DNA from: Bilabrum cf. latius
Lineage: Eukaryota
Direction: 5' to 3'
NCBI GenBank assembly: GCA_965178125.1
Contig: OZ237748.1
Location: forward strand, 806,001 to 870,000
DNA length: 64,000 nucleotides
Below the pieces are notes generated by a model. It was given only the letters and a program-made list of their open reading frames with translations, was not told the DNA's origin and searched no databases. This document shows, one piece after another, positions 1 through 13,275 of this stretch (the first letter of the stretch is position 1; every line of letters starts with the position of its first letter). Position numbers and translations under genes: made by a program.

Positions 1-1592
1 AAGGCGAGCACTTGTATATGATTGTTCTATTGGAGTTTCGAAACTTCTTCAGCCCTACTGCTGCTCGTATTCATGAAATGATGTGTCGAATTGCACTGTC
101 GATGCGTATTGCTAGATTCTGCACACTGTGTTGCATGTCACGTATCTTGTTGGTACAAGTACACTGTATCGCAGTCCGGGTGGACGTGCTACGACTCTGC
201 TCTTGTCATGAGCAAACCAACAATGGCATAGCTCATGTCAGGCTCTGGTGTATATGGTCTGCAGAAAGGCCCTTACGAAGTGAGGTCGTGTGCGTATATT
301 TCGTTGTCACACAGTCGGCCTGTGCACCATACTTGAAGGATCACTAGCCAGAATAAGACGTCATTGCCTCGCCTCTTTGGATGCAGCTGCCGTCCTCCAT
401 AGCAAGAATCAAAGCAGCAGCAATCGACTGTCCAGGATAGTGTTTTGACTCATTTGTTGCGTCTGCCAACGGTACGAAGCAAGACGGGGTAAGAACTGAC
501 AACCATATTGCATCCATTCGTTCTTCTGTATGCCATGCAGACTAGTCTTGCAACGTTACATCAAGTATAACCATTGTCACTTTTCCTCACAGGAATTGCT
601 TTCGCCAGTCTAGCGTGCTACCATGAGCAAGCACAGCCGCTGCGTCAAGGCGCTTCTGGAGTATGGCGTCCCAGGCGACGAGACGACCGATGTAAGGCAT
701 GGCTCAACTACTAATCGTTGCCTGTCTGAACCACCGGGGTTGGTGGACATCAAGCACTGTACGTCCTTCAATTTTGGATAGTGGCCCTAACACCAGCTTC
801 ATAAGTGTCGGGATTTCACCCGTGGCGCTTTCCCCCCGCAGTACGGTCAGAGTTTAGTGCATCTTGCGACTGGGAGTGTCGGTACGATCCAGGAGCTCAT
901 CAAGGCTGGATGTTCAGTGCATGGGAATGACAGGGTATGGCATGGTCAATGTGCAAGACGAGTTATGCTAGATGTGCGCACACTAGATTTCTCGTATATG
1001 TTAGCTGCTTTTCCATTGTGGTGCAGGGCGGGAGCACACCTCTCCATGATGCAGCCGGCAAGGGCTGCATGGCATCATGTGCTCTACTAGTAGAGGCAGG
1101 ATGCGATCGATGCGCGACAGACAACGTGAGCACAATATGTGCAAGAGTTCCAGTGATTTCGGGACAGCAAGTCGTATGCATTGCATTGCTCGATACCGTG
1201 TGCCCATAGCAATGTGAACGGTTGTAGCCATTGCGAACATTCTGCATTTGCAGGACGGTCTACGGCCTGACCAGATAGCATCGAGGCGGGGATACCACTT
1301 TGTGGCACGTCGTATTTGGACCGTCCCCTCGCCGAGGTAGGTGGCCGTCATGCGGTGGAAAGTGGCGCAGCAGGCCAAGGTCGATTCCAAGCTCTTGTTC
1401 ATTTCGGCAGCATATGGAAGACCCATGGAGCTGCGCAAGAGGATGCACCACGGCAAGCTGGCCGGTGGGCTGACTGCTCGTCGGCCACTCTAGACAGGGG
1501 AAGGTGTGAGGATGGTAACTCCGTTGGAGGCAGCCAGACTTGGAGGGCATGACGAGTGTGTGAAACTGCTAGAGGATGCAATGGGGCGGTGA
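1..1592 (+). CDS. Multi-exon ankyrin-repeat protein with the shared C-terminal 'GRPMEL..GKLAGGL..PLEAARLGGHDECV' domain; 5' end probably upstream of the window
   Basis: GT-AG-bounded ankyrin exons, e.g. 593-691 (ELLSPV*RATMSKHSRCVKALLEYG) and 1027-1125 (GGSTPLHDAAGKGCMASCALLVEAG). The last exon (~1254-1592) reads through TAG at 1338 and 1491 to TGA at 1590-1592 and matches five paralogues. Confidence 0.8.
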
Positions 1593-1858
1593 TCGGCTAA
1601 AGCCTAGGATAGGCGGGGCTGCTGGAGAATGTCAAGGTTATATATCCTGGAATATTGACTATTGTGGCAACTTGTAATAGATTTACGTTAAATCGGATCC
1701 TATAGGCTGTATAGCCACTATGGATATCCTTAGTACGCGACTGCGCCACTTGAGTGAAATGCCCAATACTTACGGGTTACAGACAGGCGTAGATTCTACG
1801 GGGGGGGGGGTAGCTACCCTGTGCGTCGGCGACCAAAGCAGCGATCCGACTATAAATA

Positions 1859-2697
1859 TCACCTATTGGCATGAAAAGCCATCGCCAGTATTTCCACACA
1901 CCTCCCGTGACCGTTGATGAATGCAGCCTCCATCGGGTAAATTGGCGTCTTGCTCCCAGGAAGCGTGTCCAGCCTTCGCAGGCCGCCTGCCAACCGGCCT
2001 AGCCTCATCCGCTTAGAGAGCTCCATTGACCTGCCTGAGCTAGCTGCGGTAAACATTGCTCGGGCGTCACGATGCGCATCGCCAGCGCGGCGCCACTTCA
2101 TCAGCGCAGCTCGCCGGCAACTGCACCTGTATTTCTCCTACTCTCCGGCCCCTGCAACTGCGCTCGTGAACCATGGCATGGTGAACACACAGGCGAAGGA
2201 AACCCCCCAATTTCATCCTGTGGTCCATGCACGTCACCCTGCTGGTCGCTTGGTAGCTGCGGGTAGGGGAGAATAGGGTGCAGGATGGGATACGTGACAA
2301 CGGCTGCCGCTGCTGCTGTAAGAGCTGTGTAAGAGTGAGGGCTACGGGCGCTTCAAGCGTGCCCAAGAGAGACAAAATACGGCATGAACAACACAGTACA
2401 TACAGTGTGCGTTCTGCTGGATGCAATGCTGCTCGCGGCAGCAACCTGGAATGCGCTTAGCCTTTTGCCGGATTGAACACCGCTACCAGCGCCTAGATCT
2501 AGCCAGAATACTGGCAGAGAGCAAGTTGCGCTGCAGGTGCTCACGACTGTTTCGCGTTGTTCCTCAGGCGTGCTTAGTTCCGTGAGTTCTCTGCATTTCT
2601 CAGTGTCACCGTGACCGGCCGAATCGAACCCGGGCCCACTGCCAGAGGAGGGCAGCAGCATGCGGTCTGGTGTCCCAACGGGCACGCCGTCCTGCAT
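1859..2697 (-). CDS. Gene carrying the same ankyrin-like C-terminal domain, in opposite orientation; 5' exon structure tentative
   Basis: MKWRRAGDAHRDARAMFTAASSGRSMELSKRMRLGRLAGGL...PMEAAFINGHGRCVEIL ends at TGA 1859-1861 and is clearly paralogous to the other five copies. Upstream exons are inferred only from splice-like signals. Confidence 0.6.
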
Positions 2698-3145
2698 GCG
2701 AAGGGAGGGCTACGTAGTTGAATGAGTTCACAGTTTGACTGCGACACGAGTATAATCTATCCATTTTTTGCTTGCAGTCGATATGTTATCGTTCGAGATT
2801 GCTGTGACCTCTCCGAGGAGTCCAGCAGATCGCACAAGCTTACCTGTACTGGCACGGTGCATGGGGAAACGGGATGTGACTTCGAGTCTGAGTACGCTTG
2901 CTCCATCCCGTGACTATATAACGGAAGATTACCTCAGGAAAGATCGATGTAGATGTAAATGTAGTCAGCTTACAAAGTGCTACACGTATAGCACAGTAGC
3001 TGCAGCTGACGCGATAAGCTGGGGTTGTAGCAACCGCGGTAGTGATGTAGAGCAATGAACAACCAGTGAGGGTGCCTGAAAAAGATACAAGATGAACAAG
3101 ACTGGAGAGCAGTAAGGGTGACCAGAGTCGCACGCACAGTCCCTT

Positions 3146-3190
3146 CCATGTGACGAGTGCCCATGTGACGAGTGCCCATGTGACGAGTGC
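3146..3190. repeat. Three tandem copies of 15-bp CCATGTGACGAGTGC, which contains the dispersed GTGACGAGTG motif, just 3' of the cullin gene
   Basis: Read directly from the sequence. Confidence 0.95.
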
Positions 3191-3284
3191 ACATACAGCG
3201 AGCATATGGATATGCCCGAGCCTAGATCTAGTCGGCTGCTACAAGCACTCATACATACCCCCTCCCCTCCCGCAATCCTTTGGA

Positions 3285-6200
3285 TCATGCCACGTACCGC
3301 AGCACCTTGGAATCGCCCTCGTCCCTCTCGAGATAGTCCTGGTCGATCAAGCCGTCGATCCTGGTCCGGATCTGTCTCACGTCTGCGTCAAACAGCCGGA
3401 TCTGCCTCGAGACCTCAGGAATGAGTCCCTGCATGTCCAGCTGTTTCCTTGCCTTCATCACCCTCACGATGGCTGCGTCGATCACGCTCCTCCTGTCCAG
3501 CTTGTAGTCCTCCTTTGCGGATTTCTTGGCGGACAGGGCGAGGAACGGCACGCTGATGGCACGGCGGGGCGAGGCGAATCCAGCGCGCGGCATGATCCTG
3601 TCCTTCTCCTCCAGCTTGCCCTTCCGCAGCCGCATGGTCGCTGCCTTGTGCTCCGGACTGCCCTTGGTGAGAGCCTCCGCGGGCTGCACCTCCAGGATGC
3701 AGCAGTGCTTCGCGAAGGCCATCGGGTGGATGCAGCGGATCGCTTGTTCCCTGGGCAGCTGCAGGGCACCGGCAAGGTCGGACACCGTCGCACTCGTCAC
3801 ACCTGGGCTGGCCCTCCAGAGGGCGTCCAGGGTCAGCAGCGCCACGGCCTGCACGGGCTTGACCGTCAGCGACAGGGTCTTTCCCTTGGGCGTGCAGTAC
3901 CCCACCTCAGCACTGCCTTCCACCAGAGACAGCTGCAGCTTGCGCTGGTCCTGCGTGCTGCTGTATGCCTCGCTCCAGAATGCCCTTGCGATTGACATGG
4001 CCGGGGGCAGGGGGATCTTGTCCAGGCCCTTGGGACCTGGGGGCCAGTAGGCGTTGCACAGGATCCGGGCTTCCAGGTCGAAGGCGCGGGCCGACGCCAT
4101 GGCTGTGCTTGAGCCGGAAGAGGGGTCAAGCCCCGACTGCCGCAGGGCGTCGCCGTCCCTCCAGATGGACCCCGTCCCACTCGTCACACCGCGAGACAGC
4201 CGGGCCACTCCTTCTGCCCCCCACTGCTTCTGCCACTCCGCCATGAGCACCCTCGAGTTCACGAAATCGCCGATCATGTTCTCCAGCGAGTTGGTGAACT
4301 GGGCCCCTTCCGCTTCTTTGAGTCTGCTGATCATCTGCTTCTCGGCATCTTGTGACGTGCTCGTCCCCGCCAAAAGGCGAGTTCCCAGGCCGCTCTTGTA
4401 GGCCTGCTTGAAAAGGTCCTTGTCGGACAGCTGGTCAAACAGCCCCCTGATGTCCTCGATGGCCTCACCCAGCTCCTGGGCCGTGAGACGGTCCGTACCG
4501 CCACCGGTGGCACTGCCGTGCAGTGCACCCGCCGCGCTGGCCCCACCAGCGCCGCCCCTCCCCCCAGGTCCAGCACCGCTGCCCCCGTCCGCGGCCGCGA
4601 GCAGCTCCCCCAGCCCGGCTGGTCTCCTCCCCTTGAGCACCATGTCGGCGAACGAGGCCAGCTGGGAGAACGTGGGGTGCGGGTCCGAAGGCCCCAGAGC
4701 CTTCATGTTGACGGCTATCTTGAGCGCCTCTGTGGCGGCCCTCTGCACGGTCGTGTCCCCGCCGCAGATGACCATGCACACGTGGTTGTACCTCCGGCGG
4801 AGGGCTACAAGTGCACCGACGAAATCCGGGTCGTGTGTTAGGGCGGCCTTGGCGGCCTTGACCTCTTTTGCCCTGGCAGCGGCTGCCTTCTTCTCCTCGT
4901 CCGTCTTGGGTGGGCCTCTCTTGCCACCAGCAGCACCGCCGCCGCTTTGACCACCCCCAGCGGTGGTGGCAGCCTTGACTCGCGCCCTCCTGTCCTTGCA
5001 GATCTAAAAGCCCTCTCTGACCACCCTGTCCCTCACCGCCTCGGCAAACCGGACCCTGCCCTTCTGCTTGGTCACCAGTGTGACGAGTCCCCACAGGTTC
5101 CGCAGCTCCTGGTCCCTCTCGCCCCCCGCTGCGAACAGCTTCTCCACACCCCCTAGGCCGGCGGTCTCCTCTTCACCACGGCCAGCCGCCCCCTCCGAAG
5201 AGGATAAAGATGAAGATGAAGATCCCTTCGTGCTGCTGGACCTAGACAGAGCCTCGGGCGATCCAAGCAGCCAGTCCAGCTGGTCCTGCACGAGCACCCG
5301 CACAAGGCCCCTCCTCAATTTCGGCTCCGTGCTCCGGTTGAGGAACAGTCGGGCTCGCTCGATCTCGTTCTCGATGGATTTGTGCACCGCATCGCAGTAC
5401 TCGAGTGCATTCATGGTCTGCGTCCACACCCGGGACTCGGCCCCGTAGGACTCGTTGGTGAGCCTGAGGAAGGGCGCCTCAAAGTCCATCTCGTAGGTCC
5501 TATTTCTGTGCGCCGTCTCTTCATTGTCCGCCACCCGTAGGACGTCCTTCCTGTTCTTGAAGTCGATCCTGGTCCTTGCCACCCCCATGATGAGGAAGAG
5601 CCGCACGATGGACCGCAGGAGGGAGTGGTCCACGGCCTCCCCTTTCCGGTCCCTCTTCACCAGCTGCTGCACGGTCTGGACCAGGCCGCCTTTGAGCACG
5701 TCGAATACCAGCTGCGGGAATTGAATACACGAATGGGGAGAGTAGAGAAGAGTAGAGAAGAGTGCATGCAAGCCGTGGATCGTGTAGAATCACAGGCACT
5801 AGAGGAGGACGCAATGGCAACGGCATGGGGATGGGAGCAGGGGCACAATGGGAGGGGGTCAGGGCGAGAGGGGGGGAGAACTGCGCTCGTCACACCAGAC
5901 GCATTCATCTCTATTGCCCCCCACAAGCACTCGCTACACACACCTCCGCACTCGTCACACGCATGCTCATGCTCACGTCTTGGAAGATCAGCACGGCCTC
6001 GGACATGAGCGTGGGCTGCTGCCTGGAGGACTGCATGCCCGCGTCTTGCCTGTCGAGATACACGAAGAGCCTCCGCATCCAGTCGGAGAACAAGAGGTGT
6101 TCCTCCCACTTCTCTCTGAACATGACAAGGAAGGCCTCTTGGGACTCCTGGGAGGTGCCTCGGGCGGAGGCCTCCACCAGGGGGACCACGGCGTGCTCGT

Positions 6201-6837
6201 ACAGGTACATCTGGACTTCCCTGCGGTAGATGGTGTGGATGTCCGAAGTGTTCATGTCCGGGTCACGGCCGTATTCTCGCGATCCGATCGAGTACAGCAC
6301 GCTGTGCACCTTGCTGGAGATGAGCTTCTGACGAGTGGCCGCACCACCGGGGCGGACACTGCCGGATGAGGATGCTGCCGCTGCCGCTGCCGCTGCCGCT
6401 CCGCCCGTCGCTGCACCGCTGCTGCTGCTGCTGCTGCTGCTACCGCCCTTGCCCTTGCCTTTGCCTTTGCGCCACCCGCCCCCCCCAGCCCCACCCCCCC
6501 GTAGAATCCCGTCATCGAGACGCCTGCGGATGGGGTAGATCCCGTACCGCATGATGGCAGCCTCGTTCTATCCCCCCGCGCCGCCGCTCAAGAAATCAGT
6601 GGCCCCTCCTAGCCCGCCCGTTGCCCCGGACGAAGAGCTGATCTGCTCGTGGATCTCCGCCACGAACTTGTCCTCCTGCTCGTCCGTTGGCATGATGTAT
6701 TCTTCGCTGAGCGGGGAGGGTCCGTGCCTTGAAACTAGATCGTCTGCCTTCTTGCGGACGTTTCGGTACTCTGGGCGCGTCTCCCTGGGCCCGCGCCCGG
6801 GAAGCTCGGATATCGGTGCACCGAATGCTGCTGCCAT
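3285..6837 (-). CDS. Cullin (cullin-1-like E3 ligase scaffold); exons 6837-5977 and 5711-3285; two in-frame TAG
   Basis: Cullin motifs MRRLFVYLDR, FQD|LVF..DRKGEAVDHSLL, DFEAPFL, SDKDLF...LGTRLL...DAEKQMISRLK, and the neddylation domain DAAIVRVMKARK...IDQDYLERD. One GT-AG intron at 5976-5712. TAG at 6568-6570 and 5004-5006 have the same frame open on both sides. Ends in TGA. Confidence 0.93.
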
Positions 6838-7713
6838 ACGGATTCAGATGCGATTCAAGCTGCTTTCCAGAGAGACTGCGAGATCATACACGGCATTTAT
6901 CTGTACATGGTATCGATTCCCTGCTTAAAATGGGAGCGGCACGCCGCAATGGTATGCGAGCAGGACGATCTCATTTGAGTGACCAAGCTCGACCAAGTGC
7001 GAATCCACTGCATGGGTGCGGTACGATTCCCTAGAACGGAACAAAGCTATCAATATAAACACGAGATAGTATGCCATGTCTTTTTAACCAGACCTAAGAA
7101 GGCGTGCATCGGATACAGGAGCAATATACCATTGCGCTTGATGACCATCACGCAGGTCCAAGCTTGCAGCGCACTTTGGAAGGCTACCTTCGTCTTCAAC
7201 AACTGATATAGTATACGGAAACAACTTACGGGTTCAAGTCCTAGCGAGTCAACAGTAGGGTCGCAGTGGTCCGGCCATTCTCGAGAATATCATGATTCGG
7301 ATGTAAAGTACACTGCATTAATAAACTCCTGGTTACAACCGCGCCCAACCCGCAGAATACAGCTTGACGAGGATAGTAACAGTATGATGGGCGCATTGGC
7401 ATTGATGGGGGTACAGTGCGATCAAGCGTTCCGTGTTGGATATTTCAACAACGTGACTATCACATATCTGTATTGCCCGTGGTGCCTGCTTCAGCGCCCC
7501 CGAATAGCAGCAGTGCCTGCTTATGAATCCGATGGTAATCCTTCTCCATTGATTATCTAAATAAGTTGTTGTCACAACCGAGGAAAATCAATGTTGCTTG
7601 GCACAGCAAACGGATCGCATGGCCCGCCCTCGACTGCCACCGCAAAATGATGGTAGCCTAGGGGGGGGCACCCCCTGTCCCTCCCTCCCACACTCGATGC
7701 AACCCCTTCCCGA

Positions 7714-9334
7714 TCACGTGAGCATGAAAGGCAGCTTGTCCCCCGCCACGAACCCCCTCTCCGCCCCCTCCTTCCCGATCACAACCGTCCGGATCACACC
7801 CCCAGAACTCCCATCCCTGGCCATCGCATGCGCAAGTGCACCCCTCACGAAGTCCAGGCACTCGTCCTTGGACATGCCCTCCCGGTAATGAGCGTCGCAG
7901 TAGCCGTACAGGTAGGTCGACCCGGAGCCTCCGATCGAATAGCTCTGCCTCACGAGGGTCCCCCCGAGCGGCACGGCGTACACCTGCCCCCCCTCTACCT
8001 TGTCATACCCGGCCACGATGATGCCAGCCATGAGCCTGTCCTTGTTCTCGTAGCAGATGGCCCGGAAAAGGTTGCTCACCGCTTTGACAGTGGGGGGGGA
8101 GCCCTTCGTCAGGGCGTGTTCCTCGGCGTACCGGCGCACGGAATCGGACACGGCCTGCGTGTCGGCGGCTGATCCGGAGCGGCAGCAGTAGACGCTGTCC
8201 GTGATGGCCGTCAGCTTGTCGCTTACCCTGTTCGCCACGTACACGCCCGTGGAGGTGCGAGAATCGGCTCCGAGTACAACGCCCCCTTCGAATGCCACGG
8301 CAATGATTGTGGTCTGCGTGGGTGGAGCAAGAGAGCAAGAGGGCATGAGGTAGGTGATGAGTGGGAGAAGAAGATTAAGATGGGGGTATGGGTATGGGTG
8401 TGGTTGTGGTTGGGGGCAGGTGCAACTCTAGTCACGCATGGTAGGGCGATGGCGAAGGGGACAGCCCCCGCACCAGCACCGCACGCTGGGCCAAATCATC
8501 GGCGCTGGCAGCAGCACCTCCTGTGCACTGTGCACTGTGCACTGTGCACAGCTTGCTTGCTTGCTTGCCCGCTTGCTTGCTTGCCCGCTTGAAGGATAGC
8601 TGCCGGCCAGCCTCGTCGGTGCAGCATTCTCAACTAATTGATACAAGCACAATAACACTGGGAGGGAGGTTCATGCCCCCCTTCTTCCTCTCGGCCTCTT
8701 CCTCTAACACCACGTTGGGAATGAGAGGACTGGCGATGCAGCGCTATCAAGAGCACGGCTTCCGTCGGTCGCAGCAATCTCGAACATGCCAGATCGTATC
8801 AATAATGCATAATACAATCATTTCTCTATGGCCAATACGAAGATTACAAGGCGCAGCCACGGCCTTGTCTCGATAATCAACCGATTGAACCAAGTCCACC
8901 AGGGATCGCTCATTCGCACACCCATCACCAAACGACAAACACCAAGCAGCAAAGCACCTACCAACATGCATGCAATACAGCTGCTATGTTAATTCACTTC
9001 ACCGCATATGACTACCATCGTGGTCCGCCATCCGATTCTATCGCGATACCGAGGTCCAAGCTTTGATGCTCGTCCAACCAAACTCAGCAACACAAACGTC
9101 AAAAAGCACACAGTGCCGTACATATTCAGTCATATACATTGAATCAGTTCTATGGCTCGTGGTAGCAGTAGTTTGCACACTTACTCCTGTGGAAACCTCC
9201 TTGTCAGCAGGAGCACCTACGGCAGCATCGGAAGGTCTCGCTACGGCCAGCTCTTTCGGATCCTCGGGAGTCGCAGCAGCATGAGAATGCCGCTCAAACA
9301 ACGCAGCAGAAGAAGAAGAAGCTAAAGCCGCCAT
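7714..9334 (-). CDS. PSMB6: 20S proteasome subunit beta-1 (PSMB6/PRE3 orthologue); exon 1 9334-9185 (propeptide), exon 2 8313-7714
   Basis: Propeptide ends ...EVSTG at donor GTAAGT. After acceptor CGCAG the frame reads [35 protein letters not shown]...RSGSAADTQ...[10 protein letters not shown]...[10 protein letters not shown]. Ends in TGA; no TAG. Confidence 0.95.
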
Positions 9335-9539
9335 TACTGGTTATAGTATGTCTCCACCTGTGATTCTTGTTCGAACGGCGGAACCGCAATGCGCGGCGGC
9401 AAACTAGGCCATGCACTTTTTTCAGGACCACACTATCACAGAACAGTTCAAAAAAAAATTGACTCATTTAGTTATATTATGTAGAGTACGGTGCAATGTC
9501 GTGAGTATCCGAGCACGACCTATACATACTATTCAGTGC

Positions 9540-9544
9540 AAAAA
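9540..9544 (-). terminator. RNA polymerase III oligo-T terminator of tRNA-Val
   Basis: Five T immediately after the tRNA 3' end on the minus strand. Confidence 0.75.
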
Positions 9545-9617
9545 TATCAGTGGTGGGCTTCGATCCCACTACCTCTCGCGTGTGAAGCGAGCGCTCTACC
9601 AACTGAGCTACACTGAC
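9545..9617 (-). tRNA. tRNA-Val(CAC)
   Basis: Cloverleaf: acceptor GTCAGTG/CACTGAT, D-arm GCTC-AGTTGGTA-GAGC, anticodon arm CTCGC-TTCACAC-GCGAG, T-arm GTGGG-ATCGAAG-CCCAC, discriminator A, followed by TTTTT. Confidence 0.93.
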
Positions 9618-10249
9618 AGATAGATGTGGCTCGATTTGAAATAATACAGACCATATCTTCATTAGTTTTGATATCCTTTGACGAATGAAAGTATAGTCGG
9701 GCCAAGTCGTTTTACAATGTATACCGACTACTGTTATGGGAACATGAGTACTTCATATTTTTCTCAATGTTGGACCTACAATTCACGTGCTTCGAGTCTT
9801 TTTTGCACCGCGATCCTTCAACTTTTATAGTATCGAACTTTCATCAAAAAGCAGAGAACCTGGCACACACAGCCCGAGAATCGCAGGTCTGAAGTCTCAT
9901 TACAACGCTATCCGAATAGTAACTACGGCTCTATTTGTAAGATATGTTAAAATGCGTGTCTTAAATGAGTAGCTGTGTGCATCTAAGCTTCGTTGCTGGG
10001 GATTCGGCAGGCCAAACTCTTTGGAGGATGCGCGGTATCCCGCCCGAGTCTGTCAAGCTGTTCGGGAATACGTTACTTCCAACTTGCCATTTAGATTTAA
10101 CTCGCATTCATGTCTCTTTCGTATCGATTGTAGCCGTACCCATCCCTTCGCAGCGCGCCTCGAGCAGAACCAGCTTTGTAGCTCGCCACTTCTTACTCCA
10201 ACAGAGACGACTTCAGCACGTATCGTTACACAGAACTCTATTCGTTGAT

Positions 10250-12620
10250 ATGTCAGGCTCATCTTCATCGACTTCGAAACCTACTACCGTGGCAGACTCC
10301 GCAGCGGCACCAGCCCCAGCTACTGCTCCCGCTGCCTCTAGCACTGCTTCTGCTTCCCACCCGCATCCGCACAAGAGCCCAGCTGCTCTCGGGCACCCCC
10401 CGAGGCAGAGGGCTATTTCCAGCGGGACAGGTGGCAGGGCATCGGCCTCGGAGGCATCGGCATCGGCCACAGAGGCCGCCGTTGCCGGGGGGGGGAGTGG
10501 CAGCAGCGCCGTGGCCGATGGAGCCTTCGCCGCCGGCTCCCCTCGCGGCGACGATTCCGATTCCGAGTCCGCGGCGCTGTACCCCGGATGCCCCAGGCTG
10601 CAGGCGGCCCGCGCCGCCGGCGAGCCGACCGAGGCCGCCGAGGCCCTGGTGCATCGCATTGCAGCGGCCATGGCCGAGGGGGCGGGTCCCTCCTCCTTCG
10701 GCACGCAGGCGTTCGCCGCCGCCATGGACGCGTCGGATCCTCTGCAGCCAGTGAGGGAACAGTTCCGGTTTCCGTCCACCGAGGCGGGGGCGGCGCACCG
10801 CTCGTCAAGGGTGGGTAAACCGGCGGTGTACCTGTGCGGGAACAGCCTGGGCCTGCAGAGCAAGCAGTCGGCCGACGAGGTGGGCATGGAGATGGCCAAA
10901 TGGGCCAGGCTGGGGGTGGAGGGGCACTTCAAAACCGACACCCCGTGGGTGGCAGCGGACGAGAGTGTCCGGGGGGGGATGGCCAAAGTTGTCGGCGCGC
11001 TGCCAGAGGAGGTGGTGTGCATGGGCACGCTGACCGGCAACCTGCACGCCTTCATGGTGCCTTTCTACAGACCGGAAGTAGGAACAGCCGCCGAGGGCGC
11101 CGCGGGTGGCGCTGATGGGTCAGCGGAACCGGCCCCGGCGCCGCGCACGAAGATCCTGATCGAGGGCAAGGCCTTCCCCTCGGACTATCACGCGGTCGCC
11201 TCGCAGGTGCAGGCCCGGGGCCTCGATCCCGCCGTGCACGTTGTCAGGGCAAGAGCGGGGGACGCGGAGCGGTACGGAACCGGGAGCGGCGCCGCGCCCT
11301 CGAGCAAGGGTTCCGCTGCGGCCACGGACGAGACAGCCGAAGAGTCGGGCAGTTCCGGTTTCAGCGCGGAGTCGGGGTTACCGCCGAGCACGGAAGATGT
11401 AATCGCGTGTATCAAGCACCACGGCAATACGCTAAGCTTGGTGCTGCTGGGCGGCCTCCAGTACTACACCGGGAGATTCTACGACGCCCCCCGTGTGATC
11501 CAGGCGGCCAGGGAGGCGGGGGCCAATGTGGGTCTGGATCTAGCGCACGCTGTGGGGAACGTTCCTCTGGTGAGTCACACGCAAATGGCAGGTGGTTCCG
11601 GGTATATAGACCAGCTGTCACACTGGCACGGACTTGCATTGCGCGGCCCTGCCGCGTGAGGTGCATTGCACTGCTGCGCATGTCCTACCTGCTTCTGTCG
11701 CCGCCGGGCAAGTCCTTATTACAGGATCCCCTTCGCCCGTTTTGGCTCCGAGTCGGTCCAACTGCTGCTTGCTGTACCCCGCGCATACCCCCGTCATAGC
11801 CTCGCCACATTCGTCACATCCTATTCGCACTCGTCACACCCCGCAGAGGCTCCACGACTGGGCGCCGGACTTCGCCTGCTGGTGCTCGTACAAGTACCTC
11901 AACTCGGGCCCGGGGGGCATCGCCGGAGCCTTCCTGCACTCGTCACACTTCAAGGACTCGGAATCGCTCGAGTCGATGCCCAGGCACGCGGGGTGGTGGG
12001 GCCACCGGAAGAGCGACCGATTCGGCATGGCGCACCACTTCAAGCCGACCCCCGGCCCGCAGGGATTCCAGTAGTCCAACCCCTGCGTGCTTGCGGTGGC
12101 GTCCCTGAGAGGTTCGCTAGGAACCTTCGCTGACGCGGGGAAGCTGGGGCTGTCTCCAGCCGAGATGGAGGCGGACGCAGCTGCGGTTGCATCCGGTAAG
12201 CCGGCGCCCCATGGTCCTATGCGCGCGATCCGCCGGAAATCGCTGGCTCTGACGTGCTACCTCGAGGTGCTGATCCGCACCCGTCTCCCCGGGGTCACTA
12301 TTCTGACCCCCATGGCCATGGAGAGGCGGGGCGCACAGCTGTCCCTCGAGTTCCCAAGGGGGGTCCGGCTGGGACGGGTGTATAAGCTGCTTTAGAGGGA
12401 ATCCGTGATCGTGGACGTGCGCGAACCTTCGGCGATGAGGGTGGCACCGGCCCCGCTCTACTGCTCCTACCGCGACTGTGCGGAGTTCGTGAAGGTTCTG
12501 GGGAGGTGCCTGGCCGAGGACGAGGAGCATCGGGCGAAGGAGGAGGAGGCGGGTGAGGTGCAGGAGGATGGGGCCGGTGTGAGCGGGGCGGCGGCGTCGG
12601 TGGAGACCAAGGGGAGCTGA
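10250..12620 (+). CDS. KYNU: Kynureninase (PLP-dependent); exons 10250-11569 and 11847-12620; two in-frame TAG
   Basis: YLCGNSLGLQ, KILIEGKAFPSDY, DLAHAVGNVPL|RLHDW..DFACWCSYKYLNSGPG (PLP lysine), GWWGH, GFQ*SNP (TAG 12072-12074), RGAQLSL, LL*RESVIVDVREP..RVAPAPLYCSY (TAG 12393-12395), TGA 12618-12620. The start is inferred; the long Ser/Ala-rich N-terminal extension makes it uncertain. Confidence 0.93.
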
Positions 12621-13275
12621 TCCGTGGATGGATGGATTGATAAATTGGCCAATTACTCAATTCGGAATGCGTCACATTGTAGTTTTCTACTCACGAACCG
12701 CTGCGTCTAGTGCAGTGCTTGGCTCACTCGTCACACTGCCGCTGACCCCATCCCCATCGCTGGCCTCAAGCAGCTCCCCGGCCATGGTCTGCCAGCGAAT
12801 CTCCATCCGTGGCAGCCTTGAGCAGGGGAAAACGGGGGGGAGGGGGGGCGCCCTCCCCCCAGGCTGCCGCCTGCAGCGCGCTGCCGAATCGGCTCCGGGT
12901 TGCAGCGACCCCAAGTGGATCGAAATATACTAAAAGTACACTATTCAAAAACTAGCCAGGCGCCGAATTGGGTTGCGTGCAGATAAAATGAGAATTCTTA
13001 TTTTAGGTGGATCCTTGCCTCGGCCATATATTCCAACCTGCTTGGAACACACCAGGCTTGTTGTGGTATAAGTTTAAGATGTAAGTTGTTAAAATCTAGT
13101 TGATCGCATGATCTGATCATCGTTATGTGTTGATATTGATGCCGATGCATATAGGGCCTATTTGGATGCTACATCCTGGCTGTCCGTGGCGCGTGGGATG
13201 TACTGGTCGATTGAATCCACATAGATCTTTTTGAAATGAGAACGGTACATATTAGCCTATCTATAATATGTACAG

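Noticed and set aside
2605-2665. tRNA-like B-box (CCGGGTTCGATTC) with an upstream stem-loop on the minus strand
   Set aside because: The T-stem is interrupted, there is no convincing D-arm or acceptor stem, and it lies in a probable coding exon (GPGFDS).
9965-10249. Upstream ATG at 9965 as the kynureninase start
   Set aside because: The segment is AT-richer and unlike the coding style of the gene; ATG 10250 is preferred, though unproven.
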